The notes under the pieces: generated by a model
Database searches by the model: none
What the model was told of the DNA's origin: nothing
Seen by the model: the letters and a program-made list of their open reading frames with translations, nothing else
Translations under genes and position numbers: made by a program
In this document: positions 20,879-30,722 of the stretch, piece after piece
How positions within the stretch are numbered: the stretch's first letter is position 1
How the letters are laid out: every line of letters begins with the position of its first letter
NCBI GenBank assembly: GCA_963777495.1
Contig: CAVZQM010000001.1
Span: forward strand, 387,594 to 451,593
Length of the DNA stretch: 64,000 bases
Reading direction: 5' to 3'
DNA from: an uncultured Actinomycetes bacterium
GTDB taxonomy: Bacteria > Actinomycetota > UBA4738 > HRBIN12

Positions 20879-21882
20879 TGCAGGCGGCCGTCAACTTCTG
20901 GGGGACGCCCGCGGCGCTCGCGCTCGCGATCGGCCTGGCGACGGCTGCGGCGTTCCTGATGGGCGTCATGTTGTTCGGCACGGCGAGCCGGCGCCGGCAG
21001 CAACGCATCATCGGAGAGCGCATGGCAGCGGTCGGGAATCGCGGCAAGAAGGCCCACATCCCCTTGGACCGCACCGCCGGCGGGTGGATCCCTGCGCGCG
21101 TCACCAACTTCGGTCGGCGGTTCGCCGACTCTCGCGGGTTCAGCTCGCGACTCGACGCCGAGCTGGAGGCCGCGGCCGTCAGCCTGCGATCGGGCGAGTT
21201 CGTCGTCGTCACGGTGGCCGCCGCGTTCGGTGGCCTCCTCATCGGCTATGCCGTCCTCGGGAGTCCGTGGCTCGCGATCGGTGTCGGGGCCGTGTCAGGT
21301 CTCGGGCCGACGGCCGTGCTGAAGGTCGCCCTCGGTCGCCGCGAGGAGAAGCTCCGCGAACAGCTCCCCGACGTCCTGACGATCATGGCGAGCTCCCTCC
21401 GGGCCGGACACAGTTTCCTGCAGGCGCTCGACACGACCGCCAAGGAGATCGCCCAGCCGGCCGCGACCGAGTTCCAGCGGGTCGTGGCAGAGATCCGTCT
21501 GGGACGCAGCGCGGAGGACGCGCTGGGCGCACTCGCCGAACGAGTGGGGAGCGCCGACTTCAAATGGGCGGTGCTCGCCGTCAACATCCAGCGTGAGGTC
21601 GGTGGGAACCTGGCTGAGATCCTGGACAACGTCGCGGACACCCTGCGTGAGCGAGCCACGATGCGCCGGCAGATCCGTGTGCTGACGTCCGAGGGTCGAC
21701 TCTCCGCGTGGGTCCTGGGATTGATGCCCTTCGCGATCGGGCTGTACATGTTCACCGTGAACCGCGACTACATCATGCTGCTGTTCACGGAGAAGCTGGG
21801 GCTCATCATGCTGGGGGGTGCCGGGTTCATGCTCCTCGCCGGGGCCCTGTGGATGCGGAAGATCGTGGACATCGATGTCTGA
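20878..21882 (+). CDS. tadB: Tad inner-membrane protein TadB
   Basis: QLPDVL..MASSLRAGHSF, QREVGGNLAEIL, SEGRLSAWVL. Confidence 0.93.
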   Translation: MQAAVNFWGTPAALALAIGLATAAAFLMGVMLFGTASRRRQQRIIGERMAAVGNRGKKAHIPLDRTAGGWIPARVTNFGRRFADSRGFSSRLDAELEAAAVSLRSGEFVVVTVAAAFGGLLIGYAVLGSPWLAIGVGAVSGLGPTAVLKVALGRREEKLREQLPDVLTIMASSLRAGHSFLQALDTTAKEIAQPAATEFQRVVAEIRLGRSAEDALGALAERVGSADFKWAVLAVNIQREVGGNLAEILDNVADTLRERATMRRQIRVLTSEGRLSAWVLGLMPFAIGLYMFTVNRDYIMLLFTEKLGLIMLGGAGFMLLAGALWMRKIVDIDV

Positions 21883-22813
21883 GATCTGGCTCGTCCTCGC
21901 CATCGGGTGCGTCTTCTTCACGGTGCTGCTCATCGGCTTCGCGTTGGATGCCTCGAACTCGGAACGCAAGCGCGCGGTCCGTCTGCTGGAGAACCAGGTC
22001 AGTGGTTCGCACAGCGTCGCCTCGGCCAACCTGCGCGAGCAAGAGCTCTCTCAGAGCTTCGGACAGCGCGTGCTCGTGCCGTTCGTCGGTGGGGCGGGCA
22101 AGGTGGCTCGCCGCGTCACGCCCCTCGACGCTCGGGATCGCGTGGCCAAGAAGCTCATGCTCGCCGGGAGTCCCGTCGGTTGGGACGCGGAGCGCATCAT
22201 CGCGTTCAAGGTGATCTTCGCGGGCGTGGGGTTCGTGGGAGGCATCCTCGGCGCCCGCCTGCTGAACCTGGGAGGTATCGGATTCATCGTGACCGTGGGT
22301 CTCCTGACGGTCGCCGGGTTCCTCATCCCCGACAGCCTGGTCGCGCGGAAGGTCGAAGAGCGGCAGAAGGAAGTGCTCGGAACGTTGTCGGACACCCTCG
22401 ACCTCCTGACGATCAGCGTCGAAGCGGGGCTCTCGCTGAACGCGGCGATCGCCCAGGTCGTGCAGAACGTGCCCGGTGTGCTGTCCCAGGAGTTCGCACG
22501 GATGCTCCAGGAGATCCAGCTGGGCGTTCCCCGGTCAGAGGCGTTCCGGCACCTGGCGGACCGCACCGACGTCGAGGAGCTGAACAGCTTCGCGCTCGCC
22601 ATGATCCAGGCCGACGTGTTCGGTGTGAGCATCGCGAGTGTCCTGCGCACGCAGGCGAGCCAGCTCCGCATCAAGCGGCGTCAGACGGCCGAAGCGAAGG
22701 CGCAGCAGACACCCGTCAAGATCGTCTTCCCGCTGATCCTGTGCATCCTTCCGGCCCTCTTCGTCATCATCATCGGGCCCGGCGTGCTCCGGATCATGGA
22801 TGGGATCTTGTAA
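21875..22813 (+). CDS. tadC: Tad inner-membrane protein TadC
   Basis: LDLLTISVEAGLSL, QADVFGVSIA, PVKIVFPLILCILPALF. Confidence 0.93.
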   Translation: MSEIWLVLAIGCVFFTVLLIGFALDASNSERKRAVRLLENQVSGSHSVASANLREQELSQSFGQRVLVPFVGGAGKVARRVTPLDARDRVAKKLMLAGSPVGWDAERIIAFKVIFAGVGFVGGILGARLLNLGGIGFIVTVGLLTVAGFLIPDSLVARKVEERQKEVLGTLSDTLDLLTISVEAGLSLNAAIAQVVQNVPGVLSQEFARMLQEIQLGVPRSEAFRHLADRTDVEELNSFALAMIQADVFGVSIASVLRTQASQLRIKRRQTAEAKAQQTPVKIVFPLILCILPALFVIIIGPGVLRIMDGIL

Positions 22814-22832
22814 CAGCGTTCCGCGTTCCCGC

Positions 22833-22869
22833 GATACAGCAGCCCCCGGTCACCGGGGGTTGCTGCATC
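22833..22869 (+). terminator. Terminator-like hairpin after tadC
   Basis: GATACAGCAGCCCCCGG-TCA-CCGGGGGTTGCTGCATC, near-perfect 17-bp stem. Confidence 0.75.
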
Positions 22870-22917
22870 TCCGGGATCGGGCTCAGGTTCGACGGCCTCC
22901 GAACCGATACCTGGAGC

Positions 22918-23082
22918 ATGGAACGGGGCTTGAGGCGCAACGAACGGACGCAGGACAAGATCATCCAGGCGTTCGCCCGCGCGGCGGCCGCCGGCCAGAT
23001 GGAGAAGGCCGAAGGCTGGCTCGCCCTGGCGGTGTGGTCCCAGGGGGTCTCGGAGAAGGCGACCCTCGCCCCCACCCGCTAG
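22918..23082 (+). CDS. Small hypothetical protein (54 aa)
   Basis: GGAG RBS then ATG; MERGLRRNERTQDKIIQAFARAAAAGQMEKAEGWLALAVW..., amphipathic helices. Confidence 0.5.
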   Translation: MERGLRRNERTQDKIIQAFARAAAAGQMEKAEGWLALAVWSQGVSEKATLAPTR

Positions 23083-23210
23083 CGGATCCGGCCGAGAACC
23101 GCCCAAAGACGTAAGTCCTCGGTCCATTGCAGGGTCCCCCATGCATGGCTTAGACTCGCGCTTGTCCGGATGGTCCATTCGGGCCATGTGGATCGAGAGA
23201 AAGGCGTGAG

Positions 23211-23456
23211 ATGAAGCGCACCGGGTTCCTGTTGGCCACCGCGATGGCCTTCGTCGTGTGCCTGGCCGTTCCCGCGCTCGCCGCCGATGGTTCTTCCTTG
23301 CCGAACAACCCGGGTGGCCCCGGAGTGAGCGGCTCGGGCGGCACGGCGTTCACCGGCGCGAACGTGCAGACGACCTTCGTGTTCCTGATCGCGTTCCTGG
23401 TGGTCGGCGCGATGGCGGTCTACTTCGGCCGTCGCCGCAGCCTCGCCACCCGCTAG
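23211..23456 (+). CDS. Very small secreted protein with a sortase-like C-terminal sorting signal
   Basis: Signal peptide ending VPALA, short Gly/Pro/Ser linker, TAFTG, TM helix, RRR tail. Confidence 0.75.
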   Translation: MKRTGFLLATAMAFVVCLAVPALAADGSSLPNNPGGPGVSGSGGTAFTGANVQTTFVFLIAFLVVGAMAVYFGRRRSLATR

Positions 23457-23476
23457 CGCGCGGTCGCGACACGTCA

Positions 23477-23500
23477 GAACAGGCCCTCCGGGGCCTGTTC
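23477..23500. terminator. Hairpin between convergent genes
   Basis: GAACAGGCCC-TCCG-GGGCCTGTTC, 10-bp stem. Confidence 0.7.
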
Positions 23501-23526
23501 TTCCATGTTCGGGGTCGTCGGCCGGC

Positions 23527-25515
23527 TCAGCTCACCAGCCGAAGCAGGTTTTTCCAGATCCGCACCGGCAGCGACGGCGCGAACGATGCCGACAGGTCGA
23601 GGTCGCCCGACGGGGCACCCTCGAAGACGAGCGTTTCGCCGTCGAATGAGAACGCGTCGTCGAACGACGTGAACCGCATGCCGTCCGGAGCGGCGATGCG
23701 CACGTGCAGTTGGGTCGGCCTGATCGTGGTCTGGCCCACGAAGCTCAACCGGTACGTGCCGCCGCTCTCATCGCCTTCCCACGCGTCCGAGAGCACGAGC
23801 TCGGCGCCGATCGTCGTGGTGTCGCCCGACGTCGTGCGGACGTAGTCCTCGAAGAACGAGTATCCGTCCATCCGGTGACGCGACAGCTCGACCGGCTCGT
23901 CCTCGCGCGTGGCGCTCTGGAGGGCGCAACCGATGTCGCAGTACAGGTCGACCACCGCGACGTTCTCGCCGGCTTCGGTGGAGTACTTCTTGTACGGACC
24001 GATCACGTACGGGGGGAAGCCCGAGGTGGGCGAGTCGTTCTCCAGGTCGACCGTCAGCGTCGCGGTCGCCGTGCCTCCCCCGCCCAGCCGGACGTCGTAC
24101 GTCACGGTGCGCCGCTGATAGAAGTCGAGCTTGGTCCCCGACGCGCTGTTCGTCACGACGGACACCACGTCGGTGCCCGCCGGGCGGAACGCACCGCCGA
24201 CGGTCGTGAGGGCCAATCCTCGCTGCATCGCGGGGTCGGTGCTCCACGCCAGCACGTGACCGTCGTCGAACGCCCGCACCAGGGCCCGCAGCTTGGCCTG
24301 CGGGTCGCCGCCCTGGGCCAGGAACGCACCCAGCACGGTTTCAGCGACCCGGCCCAACACGAGCTTGCGTTCCTCGGCCGTGTCGAACACGGCGTACGCC
24401 TGGTTCGAAACGAACGGGACGATGTTCTCATCGGTGAGCTCGATCCCGGTGTCGCCGACCTGGACGGGATCCGTCACCCGCATCAGTGCCTTCAGGGCGA
24501 AGGGATCGGCGAGCATGACGCCGTCCACCTCCTCACCGGTGGTCGCCTCGTACGTGAGCCAGAGCGCGTCCGCCGCCAGCGTGAAGTCGGGCGTCATGTT
24601 CGTGTTGACCCACAACCCCAGGTCCGTCCGGTAGAAGTCGTAGTTGTCCGAGTACTCCTGTGACGGCGACGGAACCTCGCTCACATCGGGACGGGGGAGC
24701 GACTGGATCGGCCGGAAGTCGGAGAAGCTGAGCGTCCCGCCGTCCACGGTGAGGATCGAGTACGCGCCGATCAGCCCGCCCGTGCCCCGAAGCTCTGCGG
24801 GGTTCGACGCGCCGAAGAGGTACCGGTGAGGCTCGTCGGCTCCGAGGAACGAGGGAAGCCCCTCGAGGATCAGCGATCCGGCGTGTAGTTGCCGGTGGAG
24901 GGTCGCGAGCTCGGTCTGGGCATCGGCCCGTGCCGTGGAGACCGGTCCCAGGACGAAACCCGTCGGGGCCGCTTCCAGCGTGTCCAGCGCACGCCCCGTC
25001 AGTTCATCGGCTCGTGCGGTCGCCTGGGTCAACCCTTCCAGCCGGTCGATCGGGATGCCGGCCTCGGTGGGAGCGAGCGAACCGAGCCCGCCGGGCAGGT
25101 CGGCCACCGCTCCGGCCAGACCCGCGGCTGCCTCGGCGGTCTGCACGCCCGCGTCCGCCACCGCTCGGATCGTGTCCGGCGTGTTGCCGACGAACGGCAT
25201 AGCACCGGCCAGGGACATCCAGATCGACCGGGACCCGTCGGCCGCGGTCTGGAACTCGGCGCGCGCCTGCTCGAATCCCTCCTGTGCCGTCGCCGCGTCG
25301 CCGTCCACGAGTTCGTCCTTGCCTCGGGTGAGCGCGTCGCGACCCTCCAGCAGGTGCCGGCGAACACCGAGCGCGGAGATCGCCGCCAGGATGACCACGA
25401 GGAGCGTCACGAGCAGCGCGGCGACGACGGTCCACATGAGCCGGCGTCCGCCTCTTCGGGGCGGTTCGGTCCGCTCGGGGATGGCCTGGTCGCTGGGTTC
25501 GTCGATGGTCTGCAT
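23527..25515 (-). CDS. DUF4012 domain membrane-anchored protein
   Basis: N-terminal TM helix; YLFGASNPAELRGTGGLIGAY, NTNMTPDF, NSASGTKLDFY. Confidence 0.88.
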   Translation of the reverse strand: MQTIDEPSDQAIPERTEPPRRGGRRLMWTVVAALLVTLLVVILAAISALGVRRHLLEGRDALTRGKDELVDGDAATAQEGFEQARAEFQTAADGSRSIWMSLAGAMPFVGNTPDTIRAVADAGVQTAEAAAGLAGAVADLPGGLGSLAPTEAGIPIDRLEGLTQATARADELTGRALDTLEAAPTGFVLGPVSTARADAQTELATLHRQLHAGSLILEGLPSFLGADEPHRYLFGASNPAELRGTGGLIGAYSILTVDGGTLSFSDFRPIQSLPRPDVSEVPSPSQEYSDNYDFYRTDLGLWVNTNMTPDFTLAADALWLTYEATTGEEVDGVMLADPFALKALMRVTDPVQVGDTGIELTDENIVPFVSNQAYAVFDTAEERKLVLGRVAETVLGAFLAQGGDPQAKLRALVRAFDDGHVLAWSTDPAMQRGLALTTVGGAFRPAGTDVVSVVTNSASGTKLDFYQRRTVTYDVRLGGGGTATATLTVDLENDSPTSGFPPYVIGPYKKYSTEAGENVAVVDLYCDIGCALQSATREDEPVELSRHRMDGYSFFEDYVRTTSGDTTTIGAELVLSDAWEGDESGGTYRLSFVGQTTIRPTQLHVRIAAPDGMRFTSFDDAFSFDGETLVFEGAPSGDLDLSASFAPSLPVRIWKNLLRLVS

Positions 25516-25625
25516 GCGAGGATCCGTGAGCGCATCTCGGCCCGGCGGATCGGTTCACGGTAACAGGCATCTCCGGTTCGATCGGTGAGCGGGAGGCCCA
25601 TCGGGCGCTGCTACCCTCTGCCTCG

Positions 25626-26447
25626 ATGAAGGTCGCCTACCAGGGCGAACCCGGCGCGTACAGCGAGCGAGCCGTCGGGTCGCTCTTCGTCGACGCGGAG
25701 CCGTTGCCCTGCGCCACGGTCCGGCTCGTCTTCTCCCGCGTGACGAGCGGCGAGGCGGCGTTCGGCGTGGTGCCGCTGGAGAACTCGCAGGCCGGGTCCG
25801 TCAACGAGACGTACGAGCTCCTGCTGCACACCAACCTCCTGCGCATGGTGGGGGAGACGGTCGTCCGCGTCGATCACGCGTTGCTCGGCCGGCCGGGCGT
25901 GCGACTGGAGGCGATCCGCCGCGCGCACTCCCATTGGCAGGCGCTCGCCCAATGCGAGGAGTTCCTGTCGTCGCTGCGGATCGAGCCCGTTCCGGTGCAC
26001 GACACGGCCGGCGCCGCGAGGATGATCGCGGAGTCGGGGAGTGACGAGGACGCCGCGATCGCCAGCGTGGAGGCGGGTTCGCGGTTCGGCCTGGCCGTCT
26101 TGGCCGAACGGATCCAGTCGGAGAAGGAGAACTTCACCAAGTTCGCGGTGATCGGTACCGGCGACCCCGGACTGGGATCGGAAGACAAGACCTCGTTGGT
26201 GATGGCGGTCCTCGATGAACCCGGGTCATTGCTGGGGGCCTTGCAGCCGCTGGCAGCGCGCGGGATCAACCTCCACAAGCTGGAGTCGCGGCCGATGCGC
26301 GGGAAGCCGTTCGAGTACGTGATCTACGTCGACGTGATGGTGGCCGGGAACGATCCGGGGCTGGCGGAGGCCTTGGAGGAGATGGCCGGCCACACCTCCA
26401 TGCTGCGCGTGCTCGGCACGTACCGGGCCGCTCCCGAACCCGCGTGA
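25626..26447 (+). CDS. pheA: Prephenate dehydratase
   Basis: VAYQGEPGAYSE, PLENSQAGSV, SHWQALAQC, NFTKF, ACT domain with LESRP. Confidence 0.93.
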   Translation: MKVAYQGEPGAYSERAVGSLFVDAEPLPCATVRLVFSRVTSGEAAFGVVPLENSQAGSVNETYELLLHTNLLRMVGETVVRVDHALLGRPGVRLEAIRRAHSHWQALAQCEEFLSSLRIEPVPVHDTAGAARMIAESGSDEDAAIASVEAGSRFGLAVLAERIQSEKENFTKFAVIGTGDPGLGSEDKTSLVMAVLDEPGSLLGALQPLAARGINLHKLESRPMRGKPFEYVIYVDVMVAGNDPGLAEALEEMAGHTSMLRVLGTYRAAPEPA

Positions 26448-26488
26448 ACGCCGTCGGGCGCTCACTCCGCCGCCCCTAGGAGCGGCCG

Positions 26489-28054
26489 ATGGCCCCGCGA
26501 TCCCCACGGCACGCCGCCCGATCGAAGGTTCCGTTCCCGGTCCTGCTGCTCGTGCTGCTCGTGCTGGCGGGCGCCGTCACGGCTTGGCAGGTCTGGGGGT
26601 CGGAGACGAGCGACCGAGCGGACGAGCCGACGCCATCCGTCCAGCCGTCGCCCGGGGCGTCCCCCTCGATCGTCCCGTCGGGGCCGACCGGATCACCATC
26701 GCCCAGCGTGCCGACACCCGGTCCCGTCAACACCGCGTTCCCCGGGATCACGACGTTCCGGGGGAACGCCACACGGAACTACTACGGCGAGGGACCGGTC
26801 CCGATGAACCCGGTCATCCGCTGGAACTACCCGGAGAGCGGCGGATCGTGCTCGACGTCGGCGGACGCGGCGGGGCCACGCGTGTGGTGCGGCACGGGGT
26901 GGACCGGCCAGCCGAACGTGATCGTGCACCAGGACGGATCGATCGAGATCCGCGAGGGCGCGTATGACGGGAACTACCACTTCCTGAACGGCCGGACGGG
27001 CCGGCCGATCCGGCCCGAGCTGGAGACCGGCGACCTGGCGAAGGGTTCCGCCACGTCCGACCCGGAGGGATACCCGTTGTACTACGCGGGCTCCCGCGAC
27101 AACCTGTTCCGCGTCATCGCGATGGACCGGCAGCGTCCCACGGTGCTCTGGTCCATCAACGCCGACACCAGCGTGCCGCGGCCGATGTGGAACAACGACT
27201 GGGACGGGGCGGCGCTGGTCCTGGGCGACTACCTCCTGGAGGGCGGCGAGAACGGCTGGCTCTATGTCGTGGAGCTCAACCGCGGCTATGACGACGGCGG
27301 GAAGGTCACGGTCGATCCTCGCATCGTGGCGACGATCCCGGGGTTCGATGATCAGCTCCTCTCGGATATCGGCGACGACGAGGTCTCGATCGAGAACTCC
27401 GTGGCGTTCCACGACGGCGTCGCGTACTTCGCGAACTCCGGGGGTCTGGTGCAGGGATGGGACATCTCCGACCTGCTCGACGGCGGCGGCGACTACCGCC
27501 GCGTGTTCCGGTTCTGGACGGGCGACGACACGGACGGGTCGATCGTCATCGACGACGACGGGTTCCTCTACGTCGCGAGCGAGTACCAGCGCTTCAACGA
27601 GCAGAGCCGGCGGATCGGGCAACTGATGAAGCTGAACCCGTCGAAGCCCAACGATCCGGTCGTGTGGTCGATCCCGGCGACCGAGATCGGGTTCGAAGGC
27701 GCGGGGGGCAGTTGGTCCACGCCCGCGCTCTACGGCGACCACGTGTACTTCACCACCGCGGCGGGCAGGGTGCTCGAGGTCGATCGGGAGAGCGGGAAGG
27801 TCGTCTGGGAGCTGGACATCGGATCACCGGCGATCTCGTCGCCCGTGGTCGTGGACGGCGTCCTGATCCAGGGCGACTGCACGGGTGCCCTGTATGCATG
27901 GGATGTGTCGTCGCCGCGGAAAGAAGCCGCCGTTGTTGTGGAAGATGCAGTTCGGGGGCTGCGTCGAATCGACACCCGCCGTGTGGCACGGATGGCTCTA
28001 CGTCGGGACACGGCTGGGGCAGATCTACGGCATCGCCGATCCCGTCAAGAAGTA
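26489..28054 (+). CDS. Membrane-anchored PQQ-type beta-propeller protein; frameshift near 27920
   Basis: TM helix, Pro/Ser linker, TTFRGNATRN, GWTGQP, and repeated WSTPAL / ISSPVV / ESTPAVW blades; stop at 28052-28054. Confidence 0.8.
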
Positions 28055-28075
28055 GCGCCCGCCTCCGCACACACC

Positions 28076-29282
28076 TCAGGGTGCTCCCGGACGGGTCTCC
28101 TCGCCCAGCTCCGCCAGTCGCCGTTCCATCAGTCGCCGCTCCGCGTCGTCGTGGATCAGCAGCAGGGCGCGCCGGTACGCCTCGCGGGCTTCGGCGGTTC
28201 GGCCCAGTCGCCGGAGCAGCTCACCCCGCGTCGAATGCAGGTACCGATAGTCGTCGAGTCCCAGCCCATCGACGATGTCGAGGCCTGCCTGGGGACCGTG
28301 CGTCTCGGCGACCGCCACCGCGCGGCTCAGCTCCACGATGGGCGAATCGGTGAGGAGAGCGAGCTCCCCGTAGAGGGCCGCGATCTGCGGCCAGTCTCGT
28401 GGCTCGTCCGCGTGCAGCGACGCGATCGCCGCCTGCACGACGTACGGACCACGGCCGTGCAACGTCAGGGCGCGGTCGAGCACGGCGCGCCCGTCGGCGA
28501 TCTCTGCGGTGTCCCAGCGTGCGCGGTCTTGATCGGCGAGCAGCACCAGGTCGTCGCCGTCGAACCGCGCCTCCCGGCGAGCGTCGAGCAGCAGCATCAT
28601 CGCGAGCAGACCGTGCACCTCGGGCTCGGTCGGCATCAGCTCGGCGAGGGAGCGCCCGAGCAGCATCGCCTCGGCCGCCAGCTCGCCTCGGCCCCCGTAG
28701 CCCTCGTTGAAGATCAGGTAGACGACCGCGAGCACCGCGGCCAGCCGTTCGGGCAACAGGTGGGGCGGCGGCACCCGGAACGGGATGCCGGCCGCCGCGA
28801 TCTTCCGCTTCGCACGGACCAGCCGTTGCGCCATGGTGGCCTCGGGCACCAGGAACGCCCGCGCGATCTCGATCGTGGTCAGGCCGCCGAGCGTCCGCAG
28901 GGTCAGCGCGACCTGTGCATCGATGGCCAGCGCCGGATGACAACAGGTGAAGACGAGCTCGAGCCGCTCGTCGGGGAACGTCGTCGCGCTCATCGGGCCC
29001 TCCACGGCAGGCGGCGATGCCTCGGGCACCGCCAGCAAGCGCGTCTTGACGGCGAGCGTCCGATCGCGGCGGATGCGGTCGATCGCCCGGTTGCGCGCGG
29101 TCGTGATCAGCCAGGACCGGGGGTTGGCGGGTGTGCCGTCTCTCGGCCAGCGCTCGGCGGCGATCGCGAACGCCTCCTGCGCGGCTTCCTCGGCGAGGTC
29201 GAAGTCGCCGAGGAAGCCGATCAGCGCAGCGAGGACGTACCCCCACTGATCACGGAAGGTCTGATCGAGGATCGGCTACCAC
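28076..29282 (-). CDS. ECF42-type RNA polymerase sigma factor with C-terminal TPR extension; indel at the 5' end
   Basis: [58 protein letters not shown]; follows a DGPF protein. Confidence 0.9.
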
Positions 29283-29635
29283 TCCACGATCGGGCGCACC
29301 TCGACGGCGCCGCCAAGGCGGGCCGCCGGGATCCGCGAGGCCAGCTCGATCGCCGCGTCGAGGTCGTCGGCCTCGAACAGCAGGTAGCCGCCGATCGCCT
29401 CCTTGATCTCGACGAACGGACCGTCCGTGGTCAGGGTCTTCCCGTCCTGCACGCGCACGGTCGTCGCCGTCTCCGGGACGTCCAGCCCGAGACCGGGCGT
29501 CACGCCGGGGGTCTGGTTGATCGCCTGGTAGTCCGCGTACACGGCCTTCTGCTCGTCTTCCGACAGGGTGGCCCAGGCCTCGGGCGAATGGGGCGTCGGG
29601 GTGTCGCCCTGGTGGATCAACAGCATGTACTTCAT
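29276..29635 (-). CDS. YciI/DGPF family protein
   Basis: TTDGPFVEIKEAIGGY, AVEVRP. Confidence 0.92.
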   Translation of the reverse strand: MKYMLLIHQGDTPTPHSPEAWATLSEDEQKAVYADYQAINQTPGVTPGLGLDVPETATTVRVQDGKTLTTDGPFVEIKEAIGGYLLFEADDLDAAIELASRIPAARLGGAVEVRPIVEW

Positions 29636-29732
29636 GTCCCACCTCCTTGCTCGGTTGCCGAAGAGACGAACGGGAACGCCGGAATCGACAGCTCCCGCCG
29701 AAGGATCTCGTGCTCTTCGAGCGACCGCTTCC

Positions 29733-30689
29733 TCAGAACGGTCCGAACTGGTCCTGCAGTGCCGACGTGTGCCATGCGACCAGCCCCCATGCGACCGCCA
29801 GGAGGGCGACGAACCCCACCACCAGGATCGTTCGCCGGGTGGATCTGGAGCCGATCCCCTCGGCGACGAACCCCGCGAACAGGCCGGCGATGAACCCGCC
29901 GACGTGCGCTCTCCAGTCGATCCCCTGGATCGTCAGCCCGAGCACCATGTTGATCACGACGATCGTCACGGCGCCGCGCAGTCGGGCCGCGGCGATCGCC
30001 AGGTGCCGGCGGCGGTAGTTGTAGACGACGAACGCGCCGAAGATCCCGAAGATGGCTCCCGACGCCCCCACGCCCACCGAGTTCGGTCCGAACGCGTAGG
30101 ACGCCGCACTGGCGACGATCCCGGTCGTGAAGTAGATCAGGAGGAACCGGACACGGCCGAGCTCCTGTTCGACGACCGTACCGAAGGCCCAGAGCGCGTA
30201 CGCATTGAACGCGATATGCAGCAAACCCGCGTGCAGGAACATCGCCGAGACGAGCCGCCAGTTCTGCCCCACGGCGATCCCCACCACATCGCCGTCGGGG
30301 AGCACCGCCAGCCCGACGGACGCACCGAGCTTGATCAGGTCCAGACCGGACGGGCCCGACATGAGCGAGCCGGGGCCACCGGTGACGACCTCCACCAGGT
30401 ACATCGCGACGATCGCCACCAACAGCGCCGTGGTCGCGGACGCCCGCCGCTTGATGTTCGCGACGGCGATCCGGCGTCCGGGACCCTGCCGGAACTCGCG
30501 CCGCGCTTCGGCGACGCAGTCGGGACACTGGTGTCCGACCGGCGCCGCGATCATGCAGTCCGGACAGATCGGCTTGCCGCACCGCGTGCAATGCACGCCC
30601 GTCTCGACGCTGGGGTGCCGGTAGCAGAACTCGGGCACGCCCGTGGGAGGCGGGGGCGGAAGGGTGGTTTCGTCCATCTGGACGGCCAT
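29733..30689 (-). CDS. Rhomboid intramembrane serine protease with N-terminal Zn-finger
   Basis: CYRHP..CTRCGKPICPDC..QCPDC; FLHAGLLHIAFN, GASGA, HVGG. Confidence 0.93.
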   Translation of the reverse strand: MAVQMDETTLPPPPPTGVPEFCYRHPSVETGVHCTRCGKPICPDCMIAAPVGHQCPDCVAEARREFRQGPGRRIAVANIKRRASATTALLVAIVAMYLVEVVTGGPGSLMSGPSGLDLIKLGASVGLAVLPDGDVVGIAVGQNWRLVSAMFLHAGLLHIAFNAYALWAFGTVVEQELGRVRFLLIYFTTGIVASAASYAFGPNSVGVGASGAIFGIFGAFVVYNYRRRHLAIAAARLRGAVTIVVINMVLGLTIQGIDWRAHVGGFIAGLFAGFVAEGIGSRSTRRTILVVGFVALLAVAWGLVAWHTSALQDQFGPF

Positions 30690-30722
30690 GGTACGGGCCG
30701 GAGCCCGTTCCGACGGAAGGCG

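Noticed and set aside
26489-29893. 1134-aa plus-strand ORF
   Set aside because: A frameshift near 27920 skips the real stop at 28054; the rest is the antisense shadow of the sigma factor and yciI genes.
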